Shown here: positions 1-9,682 of the stretch, in pieces
How the letters are laid out: each line of letters opens with the position of its first letter
Numbering within the stretch: position 1 is the first letter of the stretch
DNA from: a virus
Reading direction: 5' to 3' (one strand)
IMG/VR virus record: IMGVR_UViG_3300032103_000260
Span: 114,250 to 178,249 of that record
Length of the DNA stretch: 64,000 nucleotides
Translations under genes and position numbers: made by a program
The notes under the pieces: generated by a model
Told to the model about the DNA's origin: nothing
Databases searched by the model: none
What the model saw: only the letters and a program-made list of their open reading frames with translations

Positions 1-475
1 CATTAAAATCTGTTTTAAAATTGAAAAGATATTGTTGCTCTTTGTATATATTAACAAAATATCCTGATTTATAAATATCAAAATCACTTATTTTTGTTAT
101 AACTTCAAAATTTCTGACATATCTATTTGATCCTATCGATGTATATCCTGTCGATGGTTTAAGAAGATACCAATCGAAAGAATTTAAAATATTTTTAGAG
201 TCCGATATTGTTGGATTAAAAAAATCTTCTAAATCAATATATTCATTTTTTAATCCATTAAGAAGTGATAGATATTCTATTCTACCATAAATTCTATAAT
301 CTTCAGTTTGTTGTCTTTCATTATTAAAGACATCACTAACATTAAGTACATTTTTTATGTCATATTCAATAAGTGGTTTCTTTTCATTACTAAAAGCTAG
401 TTGTTGAAAATAATCAACATTAACTGCTTGTTCAAATTTTTTCTCACCTAATTGAAGTTTTTTTTGGATATCCAT
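1..475 (-). CDS. putative virion structural protein (partial, runs off window start)
   Basis: Open frame from ATG at 475 (MDIQKKLQLGEKKF...NVSDVFNNERQQTEDYRIYG...) to the window edge, missing from the ORF track; preceded by the late-type motif CTATTTATA (minus strand, 494-502). Confidence 0.6.
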   Translation of the reverse strand, partial: MDIQKKLQLGEKKFEQAVNVDYFQQLAFSNEKKPLIEYDIKNVLNVSDVFNNERQQTEDYRIYGRIEYLSLLNGLKNEYIDLEDFFNPTISDSKNILNSFDWYLLKPSTGYTSIGSNRYVRNFEVITKISDFDIYKSGYFVNIYKEQQYLFNFKTDFN

Positions 476-528
476 AGAGTATATTTCTATTACTATAAAT
501 AGATATACTCAGAAAATGTGAATTTTCA

Positions 529-557
529 TAACCAAAATGTTCACTTTGTCGTATAAT
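529..557 (+). promoter_or_regulatory. putative ECF-type promoter TAAC-N17-CGTATAAT
   Basis: Same motif with identical spacing recurs at 52917-52945. Confidence 0.4.
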
Positions 558-578
558 ATACTAAAAACAACTATAATA

Positions 579-1079
579 ATGAAAAACACGTTAAAAACAA
601 TGATTTTGGGCTTTTTAGTCCTGACGCTTGCACTCGGTTTCACCTCTTGTGGTGATGAAAGTGGTGACCCTGCACCTAACAAACAAAGTAATGAAGTAAC
701 GTTTAATGATGTTACTGGTGTTTGGAATTTTGTGTCGTTGACTTATCAAGGTACTACTTTTACTGATTCTTGTGATCCAAAGTGGAATGACTTGCGTAAC
801 GATTTCAATAAGCCAATTAGTGGAATGCGAACAATTAATAAATTATCATTAGATATTACTAATACACTCCTTGAAAATTACTCGTGTGTTAATAACAAAT
901 CTAATCTTAATATTAAAACTTTTAATTCTAATTCTTTAGAACAAAATATTATATCACTAGATAATAGTTTACAATTTGAAATTATATCTTTTAAAAAGAG
1001 TGAAATTGAATTAAAATTAATTAGATGGTCACAAGCTACTCCAAATGGTGGAGTATATAAATTAAAAAAGGCAAGTTAA
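579..1079 (+). CDS. lipoprotein (lipocalin-like, Bacteroidota style)
   Basis: Likely start at 579 (MKNTLKTMILGFLVLTLALGFTSC); lipobox FTS-C followed by acidic residues; lipocalin-like VTGVWNFVS motif. Confidence 0.7.
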   Translation: MKNTLKTMILGFLVLTLALGFTSCGDESGDPAPNKQSNEVTFNDVTGVWNFVSLTYQGTTFTDSCDPKWNDLRNDFNKPISGMRTINKLSLDITNTLLENYSCVNNKSNLNIKTFNSNSLEQNIISLDNSLQFEIISFKKSEIELKLIRWSQATPNGGVYKLKKAS

Positions 1080-1091
1080 CTTGCCTTTTTT
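1064..1091. terminator. bidirectional intrinsic terminator
   Basis: Palindrome AAAAAAGGCAAGTTAACTTGCCTTTTTT between convergent genes. Confidence 0.8.
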
Positions 1092-3145
1092 TATATTAGA
1101 ATAATTCCACTTTCTATTAAAAATTGAATACAATCTGCTTCATTTAATCCTCTATAAAAATAGTATCTTTGATCTACACTATTTGAGGGATTCCCATTTA
1201 ATCTCCCACCACCTTGTGGTACTATTGATTGCCCGTTATAATAATTTCCAATTAAATTTACACTAATATCACTATCATTAAATCCTTTTTGATTTCCTAT
1301 TTCATTAAGAATTAATATTATATCTTCTTTAGGTACTTCTACAAAAGCAGTATAGTGTAAATCTGATCTTGCAAAGAATTTAGTATTAATAACATCATCA
1401 ACAATTTTTTGAGTATTATCAGTAAAAAAATGATCTGAAGTGTAATTAATAGTAAAATGTGTATTTGATCTATGATTTCTCAATGTAGATGGGCCTCCGC
1501 TACCAACTAAGTATGAGTTTTGATGAAAGTGAACACAAAAATTAATCCAATTAGACCCAAAAAATTCACCACCACTATTAATTGGAAATTCTTTGCTTGG
1601 GTTTGCGGCCATTGCGGTTGCATTATTTGTTACAATACCCACATTCCAAAAAGCATCAAAAGTAGCATTATTTAAAATATCTGGAGCAACAAAACCATTA
1701 TTTGGATTTTGATCTGGATCATTTTGTTCACTGTTTGCAACAAGTGCTTTGAAAGTACTAATAGTATATAGTTTACCACCATTAAATTTAAAATTTTGTT
1801 TGCGCCAATTATTAGTATTAATACCATCTGTTTGATCAAATGATTGATTTCTCAATGCATTTTGGGGAAACTTATATTTATACCTAAATGGTATTAATGT
1901 TGCATTGTTTCCAATACTTTTTCTAAATGTTAAAGGTGCTTGTTCATCAGGTAATTCTAATGTTATAAAACCTATAAATTCAGTAAATATACCATCAGTA
2001 GAATCATTAGAAACTGGTATCTCACTGCCATCTTCGGCAGTTATAACTTTTTTTCTGTTACATTGTATTTGATATAAAAAATCACCATCTCTTAAATTTT
2101 TAAAATAATCTGTTTCACTTAATAAAAAATAATCTTCAATTGGATCAAAATTACCAATGTTTGCATCATCATCAGATACATCTCTTTTTAATGAAAAAAT
2201 ATTTTCTTTTACAATTCCAATTCTTTTATCTGCAATAGATATAGTAACTAAACCATCTTCTGCTGCTCTATATAATTCTCTTATTCTTTTATTACCACCA
2301 TCAAAATTTTCACCCCAAGTAGCATTTGTTCCATCAGTAAAAGATGTACCAAATATTACAAACGTATTTATTAATGTTGCTCTTATTCTAAAATCTTGTC
2401 TAGTTATACCTATTTCATAATTTTCTCTATCACCCCAAAAAGGTCTTACTTGAACAGATATTTCTTGTGTTTCAATATTAGGTAAATCTGCCAAATCATT
2501 GCTTGGTCTAATTTTAGTTCCTGCATCGTTAAAAAGATTTGAGGAATAACCTAAATTACTTATCATACTTGTCGGTGTCATTGAATATTTTCCAATATCA
2601 GTAATATCAACTGACATATGGACTGTTTGTATTCCAACAGGAACACCAAATATCATATAATCACCAGAATTATTTGTAACTGTAGTATATTTATAATACT
2701 TTTCGTATATTTCTAAAAATGTTTCATTAGTAATAATTTCTTCTTTAGGTGGAAACGTACCAAATGTCTGTGTTGGTTTTATTGTTCCATCTGAATCTCT
2801 TTTAGCTACACGTGGTAATAAATTATATCTTTTACCATCTAAATTTTTATCTTGAGGGTTTTTATATGGATATAATGCTTTTATTTTAGCATTCATCTCA
2901 TCTTGATCTGATAATGGAATAAATATTGAAATTTTAGCATTTGGAACACCAATTCCACCATTAGCTATAACTCTTCCGATAAGTACTCCATAGTCGGAGT
3001 TAAAATTTTGATAGGCTTGTTCTTGATCAATCTTTAAGGATAAAATCTCTAAAAAATCAACATTTTGTTCAAATTTAACCTGTAGGTATTTATCGCTACC
3101 ATCTAAATTAGCCTTGATTCTTTCCGACTTATTCATTAAAACCAT
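1091..3145 (-). CDS. virion structural protein (baseplate/tail associated, Ig-like carboxypeptidase-regulatory-type N-terminal region)
   Basis: 684 aa; GRVIANGGIGVPNAKISIF...TNNSGDYMIFGVPVG pattern; late motif at 3159-3167; adjacent to tail sheath. Confidence 0.55.
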   Translation of the reverse strand: MVLMNKSERIKANLDGSDKYLQVKFEQNVDFLEILSLKIDQEQAYQNFNSDYGVLIGRVIANGGIGVPNAKISIFIPLSDQDEMNAKIKALYPYKNPQDKNLDGKRYNLLPRVAKRDSDGTIKPTQTFGTFPPKEEIITNETFLEIYEKYYKYTTVTNNSGDYMIFGVPVGIQTVHMSVDITDIGKYSMTPTSMISNLGYSSNLFNDAGTKIRPSNDLADLPNIETQEISVQVRPFWGDRENYEIGITRQDFRIRATLINTFVIFGTSFTDGTNATWGENFDGGNKRIRELYRAAEDGLVTISIADKRIGIVKENIFSLKRDVSDDDANIGNFDPIEDYFLLSETDYFKNLRDGDFLYQIQCNRKKVITAEDGSEIPVSNDSTDGIFTEFIGFITLELPDEQAPLTFRKSIGNNATLIPFRYKYKFPQNALRNQSFDQTDGINTNNWRKQNFKFNGGKLYTISTFKALVANSEQNDPDQNPNNGFVAPDILNNATFDAFWNVGIVTNNATAMAANPSKEFPINSGGEFFGSNWINFCVHFHQNSYLVGSGGPSTLRNHRSNTHFTINYTSDHFFTDNTQKIVDDVINTKFFARSDLHYTAFVEVPKEDIILILNEIGNQKGFNDSDISVNLIGNYYNGQSIVPQGGGRLNGNPSNSVDQRYYFYRGLNEADCIQFLIESGIILI

Positions 3146-3158
3146 GTTTATAACAATT

Positions 3159-3213
3159 TATAAATACTTAAGCCTATTATTTCTTGTTTTTGAGAAATAA
3201 GGAAGTATTTATA
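3159..3213. promoter_or_regulatory. divergent pair of putative late promoters GTATTTATA
   Basis: GTATTTATA on the minus strand (3159-3167) and the plus strand (3205-3213), each upstream of a structural gene. Confidence 0.6.
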
Positions 3214-3279
3214 AAAAAAATCTACAGTAATGTAAATGTAAATTTAATAGAATAATTTAAAAAAATCAAATAAATAAAG

Positions 3280-5988
3280 ATGGCACAAGGTTTTATTTTT
3301 ACCTCACCGGGAGTTAAATTCAGAGAAAGAGATTTATCATTTGTAACAAGAAATGTTGGTGTTACCACATTAGGTCTTGTTGGAGAAACATTGAAAGGCC
3401 CTGCTTTTGAACCCTTTTTCGTTCAAGATAAAGGTCAATTCAGGCAAAGATTTGGTTTTCAAAGTGTTGAGAAATTTCAAACTGGTGATCTTAGATATAT
3501 GCTTCCGTATTATGCAAATGCATATTTAGAAGAATCATCACAATTATTTGTAACTAGAGTATTAGGTTTATCAGGTTATGATACTGGTACTGCTTGGGCA
3601 CTTACTTTAAGTGCGGGTGTTAGTGGTGATACTGTCACTACAAGTTCAACATCTGCAGTAATGGGAGTTTCATTTACTAATTTCTCATATCTTGGTGAAG
3701 TTATTTCAAGTAGTGATCAAACAGGAACAATTTTTAGTGGTTTTACAAAAACAGGCCCTACAACATTTATTGGTGTTGAATATATTTATGAAGTAACTTC
3801 ATTATTAAATAATGGCAGTGGTACACTTAATTATACTGCTAACACATTAAATGCTTCATCACTTGGTAATTATGAAAATATGGTTCTTGCTGTTTTAAGA
3901 CCAAGAGCTACCGTAGAAGATGTTGATGGGGCAGCACCAGTAACTAGTTTTGAATCTAACGTGGTTACTATAACTGCTAATGCTACTAATACTGGTACAG
4001 GTGATTTATTTGGACAATTTACTATCAGAGCAGTAAACACGTTTGTTACTGGAGCAACAAGTGCAGAAACCTATGTTGTATCGTTAAATCCAAATTCAAG
4101 AGATTATATTGTTAATGTTTTAGGCGATAAACCAAAAGGAAAAAATACTAAATTATATGTTGAGTCACTATTTCCTGATTTAATCAAAAAATTAGACGCT
4201 GATTCATTAGCATATGGTGTTAATACTGCTGTAAGTAACTATACTTCTGCAGCATTTACTGATTATAAATTTCAATATCAAACACCTGAAACTCCTTGGG
4301 TTGTATCTGAATTACGTGGTAATAAAATTGAAAAATTATTTAAGTTCATTTCTATTTCAGATGGTAATTCAGCAAATAAAGAAATTAAAATAACAATTTC
4401 AAATATTAATCCAACATCAAGAGAATTTGATGTAATTGTTCGTGATTTTAATGATACTGATGATAATCCTACTGTGTTAGAGTCATTCCAGAGATGTACC
4501 ATGAGAAAATCAGAAACTGGTTACGTTGGTAACCGTATTGGTACAGCAAATGGTGACTATGATTTAAAGAGTAGCTATATTATGCTTGAATTAGATATTG
4601 ATGCACCAGAAGATGCGTTTCCTGCTGGTTTTGAAGGATATTTTCAACCAAACTTTGGTTCAAACGTAGCACCAAAAATCTTCTATAAAACATCATACTT
4701 GCCTGATGATAGAGTGAACAGAGTATCACTTGGTTTATCTGAAAGAGGTTATGATGGTGTATCATTAAGAGGTACAGGATTTAATCAGAATTTGTTTAAC
4801 TTCATTGGTAAATCAAATAACTTTGTTAAGTCAAAAGGTTTTCATATGGATGCTGACGCTACTGGTGTATATGAAACTGGTCAGTTTGAAGTTGGTGCAG
4901 CTAATTTTCAAACAACTTCTGATATTAATAATAGTTTAAATCCATATTCTAATTCACAATCAAGAAAATTCACGTTAGTACCTGCTGGTGGCTTTGATGG
5001 ATGGAATGAACATAGATCAGAAAGAAGTAATAGCGATTTATTTAGAAAAGGTGGTGCTTTTGATGGTGTAGCCGATGGATTAACACCATCTAACGATTTT
5101 CAAGCATGGGAAGCTGCTATAAACACATTTGCTAATCCTGAAGAGATTACAATTAATTTATTTGCAACACCAAATTTAAATTTTGCTGATCATTCTGTAT
5201 TAGTAAAAGAAGTAATTAATATGATTGAAGTTGATCGTGCAGATACTTTATATTTGTTAGATACTCCTGATATATCAGTACCACTTGGTATTGACGAAAG
5301 ACAAGATGTTGTTGCTGCAGAAGACATTGTTGATTTGTTAGATACTGTCGATATTGATAGTAACTACACAGCAACATATTTCCCTTGGATTAAAATTTTA
5401 GATAGTGATAATAATGTTAGTGTATACATTCCACCTACTGGTCAAGTAGCAAAGGCAATTGCATTCACTGATAATGTTAAGTTTCCTTGGTTTGCACCTG
5501 CTGGTTTACAACGAGGTATTATTGATGCAAGAAGAGCTAAATATAAACTTTCTCTTGATGCAAGAGATATCCTATACAAAGGCAGAATTAACCCTGTAGC
5601 TGACTTTACCGATGTAGGTAGTGCAATCTTCGGACAGAAAACATTACAGGTAAGAGAATCAGCATTAGATAGAATTAATGTTAGAAGATTATTGTTACAA
5701 TTAAAAGTATTGATCTCTAACGTTGCAATCAGATTGGTGTTTGAACAAAACGATCAAACCACTGTAGATGAATTCTTATCAAAAGTAAATCCTATTTTGG
5801 ATACTGTTAAGAGAGAAAGAGGTTTACAGGAATTTAGAGTGAAAATGGATGATTCAAATAATAGTCCCGAATCTAGAGATAGAAATGAATTGTATGGTGA
5901 AATCCAAATTAAGCCAACTAGAGCAGTTGAATACATTGGAATTACCTTCACAATTACTCCTTCTGGAGCAAGTTTCGATGAAGTTTAA
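3280..5988 (+). CDS. contractile tail sheath protein (gp18-like)
   Basis: N-terminal FTSPGVKFRERDLS, GETLKGPAF; C-terminal WFAPAGLQRG, INP, IFGQKTL, LDRINVRRL, IQIKPTRAVEYI. Confidence 0.95.
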   Translation: MAQGFIFTSPGVKFRERDLSFVTRNVGVTTLGLVGETLKGPAFEPFFVQDKGQFRQRFGFQSVEKFQTGDLRYMLPYYANAYLEESSQLFVTRVLGLSGYDTGTAWALTLSAGVSGDTVTTSSTSAVMGVSFTNFSYLGEVISSSDQTGTIFSGFTKTGPTTFIGVEYIYEVTSLLNNGSGTLNYTANTLNASSLGNYENMVLAVLRPRATVEDVDGAAPVTSFESNVVTITANATNTGTGDLFGQFTIRAVNTFVTGATSAETYVVSLNPNSRDYIVNVLGDKPKGKNTKLYVESLFPDLIKKLDADSLAYGVNTAVSNYTSAAFTDYKFQYQTPETPWVVSELRGNKIEKLFKFISISDGNSANKEIKITISNINPTSREFDVIVRDFNDTDDNPTVLESFQRCTMRKSETGYVGNRIGTANGDYDLKSSYIMLELDIDAPEDAFPAGFEGYFQPNFGSNVAPKIFYKTSYLPDDRVNRVSLGLSERGYDGVSLRGTGFNQNLFNFIGKSNNFVKSKGFHMDADATGVYETGQFEVGAANFQTTSDINNSLNPYSNSQSRKFTLVPAGGFDGWNEHRSERSNSDLFRKGGAFDGVADGLTPSNDFQAWEAAINTFANPEEITINLFATPNLNFADHSVLVKEVINMIEVDRADTLYLLDTPDISVPLGIDERQDVVAAEDIVDLLDTVDIDSNYTATYFPWIKILDSDNNVSVYIPPTGQVAKAIAFTDNVKFPWFAPAGLQRGIIDARRAKYKLSLDARDILYKGRINPVADFTDVGSAIFGQKTLQVRESALDRINVRRLLLQLKVLISNVAIRLVFEQNDQTTVDEFLSKVNPILDTVKRERGLQEFRVKMDDSNNSPESRDRNELYGEIQIKPTRAVEYIGITFTITPSGASFDEV

Positions 5989-6006
5989 TAGTTAATAATT
6001 AATGTT

Positions 6007-6035
6007 AAAAAACCTGTGTCTCCACAGGTTTTTTT
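6007..6035. terminator. bidirectional intrinsic terminator
   Basis: AAAAAACCTGTG-TCTC-CACAGGTTTTTTT. Confidence 0.8.
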
Positions 6036-7758
6036 ATTTTAAAACCATTTCATACTTTAAATTGCCACAATCATAGATTCTTAAATATCCTCTTTCAAGC
6101 ATTATTTCATGCTCTGTTTTATTATTATCAAAACCATGTTTTAATAATATTCTTTTTCTAAAATTAAATCTATGCTGACGTATCTTATCCTTTTTATTAA
6201 AATACCAATAATTGGGTTCAATAACATATTTGAACTCAAATCCTAATTCTTGATATAAATTACCTGTTGAATATCTTCTATCTGCAAATGTTGATATTAC
6301 TTTAGGATTATATTTCTTTATAAAATATTTGAGTAATTTTGATGCTCCCCCAATTACTATTGTATCTAATTTATTAGCAAATCTGACTAATTCATATTCA
6401 TCAATATATTTATTTTTTTTCTTTTTTCGTTTTTCTTTACTAAATGTCATTATAGACACCAAATTATTATCATAGAAAAGTCCTATTCTAATAGATGAGT
6501 TAATATATCCTTGTAAATGATTTTCATTTAAAAATTTTTCAGACATTTCTGATGTAATTTCTTTTATTTCACATTTTCTTGCATAAATTTTATTTCCAAT
6601 AATACCAAGTTTTGCTTTTAGTAGGCTCTTAGTTATTTCTTGTTTATATAACCATTCATCTTCAAAAATATGATATAATTTTATTCCATTTGAAGCCATG
6701 TAATCTGTTTTTTCTACATGATAATTATTATTTAAAAATAATTCACTATGCCAATATATTCCATTATATTCGATACCTATTTTTAATTCATCAATATAAA
6801 TATCAATCTCTTTTTTACCTATTCTTTTTTTCTCAGATTTAAATCCTAATGAATCAATATAGCGTTTTAATTCGTTTTCTTTGATAGAATCATTGTAATT
6901 AATAGGATTACAATGAATACAAGGATTTTTTATTCCATGTACCAATACACGATAATAGAATAATGTATTATTTATCATGTATTCAGTGTGATAAATACAC
7001 TGATTTTTAATTATTAATGTATTTCTACTGTGCTCAATATCAACATGATCACCAAGTATTTCTTTATATCTTTCAGTTGTTTTTTTTGTTCTTGATTTTA
7101 CATTTTTTTTTATTACTGAATCAAGCATCATCACAGAAGGTACACCATATTTTTTTAAATTAGACTCTCTCATTTTAATTTTTACAGAATCTAATTTAGA
7201 TGGTATTTCAACACCGTATTTTTTTATATTATTTTCTTTTATTCTATTTCTAATTATTTGTGATTGAGTTGGATGTTCTACACCGTATTTTTTTTCTAAA
7301 GTGTTTCTGGTTTTTTGTTTTACAAAATTGGATTGAAATATATTTTTATGACCATATTTATTTAGATATGTTTCATTTTTTTTATCTTTTACACTTTGTA
7401 ATTTACTTACTGATAAAACACCATATTTCTTAAGATTAGTTGATTTTATATTTTCTAATCTAGAAACACTTTTATTTCTACAAATCTTACTACAATTTTT
7501 GCCATATCCTTCACTAAAAACACCTCTCCATTTTATTACTGCACCACAAGTTTCACATTTTGGTATATGTTTAATATCATATAAATAATTATATAATTTT
7601 TGTGTAAAAGATATTGATGCATCAAATTCGAAATCCATATTATGTTGCTCAATCCTATCAATTAATCCATTAAAGATTTGATCTAAATGATTTTTTTTAG
7701 TTTTATACCCTGATTTATTATCTGTTAGCAAATATTCAATAATTTTTTCTTTTTCCAT
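6034..7758 (-). CDS. free-standing homing endonuclease-like protein (Zn-finger + KYG repeats + Vsr/PD-(D/E)XK nuclease + C-terminal GNAT-like domain)
   Basis: Likely start 7758 (MEKEKII); CxxC motifs, repeated KKYGV units, EIDIYI...GIEYNGIYWH...HIFEDEW, then YARKC...ELVRFA...GGASKLL...FADRRYS...RIYDCG. Confidence 0.75.
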   Translation of the reverse strand: MEKEKIIEYLLTDNKSGYKTKKNHLDQIFNGLIDRIEQHNMDFEFDASISFTQKLYNYLYDIKHIPKCETCGAVIKWRGVFSEGYGKNCSKICRNKSVSRLENIKSTNLKKYGVLSVSKLQSVKDKKNETYLNKYGHKNIFQSNFVKQKTRNTLEKKYGVEHPTQSQIIRNRIKENNIKKYGVEIPSKLDSVKIKMRESNLKKYGVPSVMMLDSVIKKNVKSRTKKTTERYKEILGDHVDIEHSRNTLIIKNQCIYHTEYMINNTLFYYRVLVHGIKNPCIHCNPINYNDSIKENELKRYIDSLGFKSEKKRIGKKEIDIYIDELKIGIEYNGIYWHSELFLNNNYHVEKTDYMASNGIKLYHIFEDEWLYKQEITKSLLKAKLGIIGNKIYARKCEIKEITSEMSEKFLNENHLQGYINSSIRIGLFYDNNLVSIMTFSKEKRKKKKNKYIDEYELVRFANKLDTIVIGGASKLLKYFIKKYNPKVISTFADRRYSTGNLYQELGFEFKYVIEPNYWYFNKKDKIRQHRFNFRKRILLKHGFDNNKTEHEIMLERGYLRIYDCGNLKYEMVLK

Positions 7759-7811
7759 ATGTAGAGTATTTATATAAAAATAATAATATTTAATCATAAA
7801 TACAATAAAAA

Positions 7812-8300
7812 ATGGCAGAACTTATTCGTGGTATACCTTTCGATTATGAACCAAAAAGAGAGAATAGATTCTTTTTAGAGTTTCCTACTGAATTAGGTAT
7901 TGAAGAATGGAAAATACAGGAGGTTAAAAGACCTTCTATGACTATAAACTCAGTTGAAATTCCTTTTATAAATGAAACCAACTATGTAGCTGGTAAATAT
8001 AAGTGGGAATCGATTGATATTAAGTTGATTGACACAATTGGCCCTTCTACATCAACACAGGTTATGGAGTGGGTTCGTTTACATGCTGAATCATTAACTG
8101 GTCGTATGGGTTATGCTGCAGGTTATAAGAAGAACCTTATAATCAAAGCACTTGATCCTACTGGTGTACAAGTTGAGAAATGGTTCTTGGAGCAATGTAT
8201 GATTACCAGTGTTGATTTTGGTAATAACTCTATGGATTCTGATGCAGTACAAATGGTTTCATTTACTGTACAGCCTTGGAGGGCAATTCTTAATTATTAA
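7812..8300 (+). CDS. tail tube protein (gp19-like)
   Basis: EPKRENRF, VKRPS, YVAGKYKWESI, VMEW, GYAAGYKK, LDPTG..VEKW; follows sheath; late motif at 7766-7774. Confidence 0.9.
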   Translation: MAELIRGIPFDYEPKRENRFFLEFPTELGIEEWKIQEVKRPSMTINSVEIPFINETNYVAGKYKWESIDIKLIDTIGPSTSTQVMEWVRLHAESLTGRMGYAAGYKKNLIIKALDPTGVQVEKWFLEQCMITSVDFGNNSMDSDAVQMVSFTVQPWRAILNY

Positions 8301-8321
8301 GAATTTTCTATTCAAATTATT

Positions 8322-8351
8322 AAGAGAGCATATAATTTATATGCTCTTTTT
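8322..8351 (+). terminator. intrinsic terminator
   Basis: AAGAGAGCATATA-ATT-TATATGCTCTTTTT. Confidence 0.75.
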
Positions 8352-8366
8352 GTTTAATTTTACTAT

Positions 8367-8496
8367 ATGAAATATGGTATTTATCTAATAAAAAATATAA
8401 CTACTAATCAAAACTATGTTGGTTCATCTTATGATATAAAAAATAAAAGGAACTATTATGAATATAATTAAAAGAATGGGATGGACACACATTTAA
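8367..8496 (+). pseudogene. internally deleted GIY-YIG homing endonuclease remnant
   Basis: MKYGIYLIKNITTNQNYVGSS (GIY-YIG motif) then, in another frame, KGTIMNIIKRMGWTHI* resembling the C-terminal HTH tail. Confidence 0.7.
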
Positions 8497-8502
8497 AATA
8501 AA

Positions 8503-8529
8503 AAAAGGGATAGTTTTGCTATCCCTTTT
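8503..8529. terminator. bidirectional intrinsic terminator
   Basis: AAAAGGGATAG-TTTTG-CTATCCCTTTT. Confidence 0.8.
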
Positions 8530-8550
8530 GTTTTTATAAACAGTTACTAA

Positions 8551-8772
8551 TTATCGAGTCATTTGATATTTCAATACGCCTTCTTTTGTACGTGAAGTTT
8601 CAATATTGTTAATACCTTCTTCACGAAGATCAGAGATTGTTGCTCTCAAATTCTTCAATTTAAACTGACTACTTGCCAATTTTTTAGTTACTGCTTTACC
8701 TGTCTTAAGGTAGTTGTACAATTTTTCTTTTTTAGAAATTGTACTGGTTTTGTTTGTTTTTTTGGTTGCCAT
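8551..8772 (-). CDS. small basic winged-helix DNA-binding protein
   Basis: 73 aa; LYNYLKTGKAVT...FKLKNLRATISDLREEG pattern; host-type promoter upstream. Confidence 0.6.
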   Translation of the reverse strand: MATKKTNKTSTISKKEKLYNYLKTGKAVTKKLASSQFKLKNLRATISDLREEGINNIETSRTKEGVLKYQMTR

Positions 8773-8828
8773 AATTTTATGGGTTTAAAAGTTAAAATTT
8801 AATGACTGTAAAGATATATAATTAAAAT

Positions 8829-9647
8829 TTACTTGTCAAGTATTTTAACTAATTGATTTTCATTAATATATTCATTGACCATTATATCTACATATTTACT
8901 TCTGTCCATAATTTCAAGATAAATTGGTTCATCATTATTATGTGATATCCATACAAGGTAGCACTTACCAATCTTAATACCAGTATTTTTTTCAATTATT
9001 TTTTTATATAAACCTAATTGTAACGAATATATTTCCATTTCACAATCCTGTAGAGTAAAAAGACTTCCCTTTAGTGTTTCACCCATTTTATTCTCGGTAT
9101 TAAGTTTTTTATTTGTTTTATAATCCCATAGCTGAAATTCCTTTTGTTTAACATTATAAACCAATAGATCAATCATTCCAGCAATACCATATTCCACATC
9201 ACAAATAACATACTCTGTTTTAATAGGAATTAAAGTAGCATATGACTTCTTAAAAAAAGTATCTATTAATTTTTTAGTTTTTAGAAATTCTTCATAAATT
9301 GGGTCATATCCAAAAGTTTTAACTACTAGTTCTTTAGGGTATGGAAAAAACTTGTTATTCCACAAATTTTCAGCATAATTATGGGCTATTGAACCTTTCA
9401 TTGTAGCTTTTTTATTTAAAAAATTCCATGCTCTTTCGATTTCTTTTTGATCGAGATGATATTCATCGGCTTTATATTCTGACCAATATTGGTGATTAAA
9501 TTCTTGCTGGTACTTATGAATTAAAGTTGTTACAGAAACTAATTGTTTATCTCCAACAAAATATTTGTGTGTATCATCATAAAATTTGACGTGATTAAAC
9601 TTATTAAATATGCTAATAGGTAAGTTCTCAATCATAGATAAATGCAA
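8829..9647 (-). CDS. PD-(D/E)XK exonuclease
   Basis: HKY..SVTT, GSIAH, E..I.D..YGIAGMIDLL, DYKTNK, YSLQLGLY. Confidence 0.85.
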   Translation of the reverse strand: MHLSMIENLPISIFNKFNHVKFYDDTHKYFVGDKQLVSVTTLIHKYQQEFNHQYWSEYKADEYHLDQKEIERAWNFLNKKATMKGSIAHNYAENLWNNKFFPYPKELVVKTFGYDPIYEEFLKTKKLIDTFFKKSYATLIPIKTEYVICDVEYGIAGMIDLLVYNVKQKEFQLWDYKTNKKLNTENKMGETLKGSLFTLQDCEMEIYSLQLGLYKKIIEKNTGIKIGKCYLVWISHNNDEPIYLEIMDRSKYVDIMVNEYINENQLVKILDK

Positions 9648-9682
9648 TAATATACACTTATTCTAACAAAATCAAGATAGAA

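Noticed and set aside
8829-9647. Cas4/CRISPR association of the PD-(D/E)XK nuclease
   Set aside because: No Fe-S cysteine cluster pattern and no array nearby; a common stand-alone phage exonuclease
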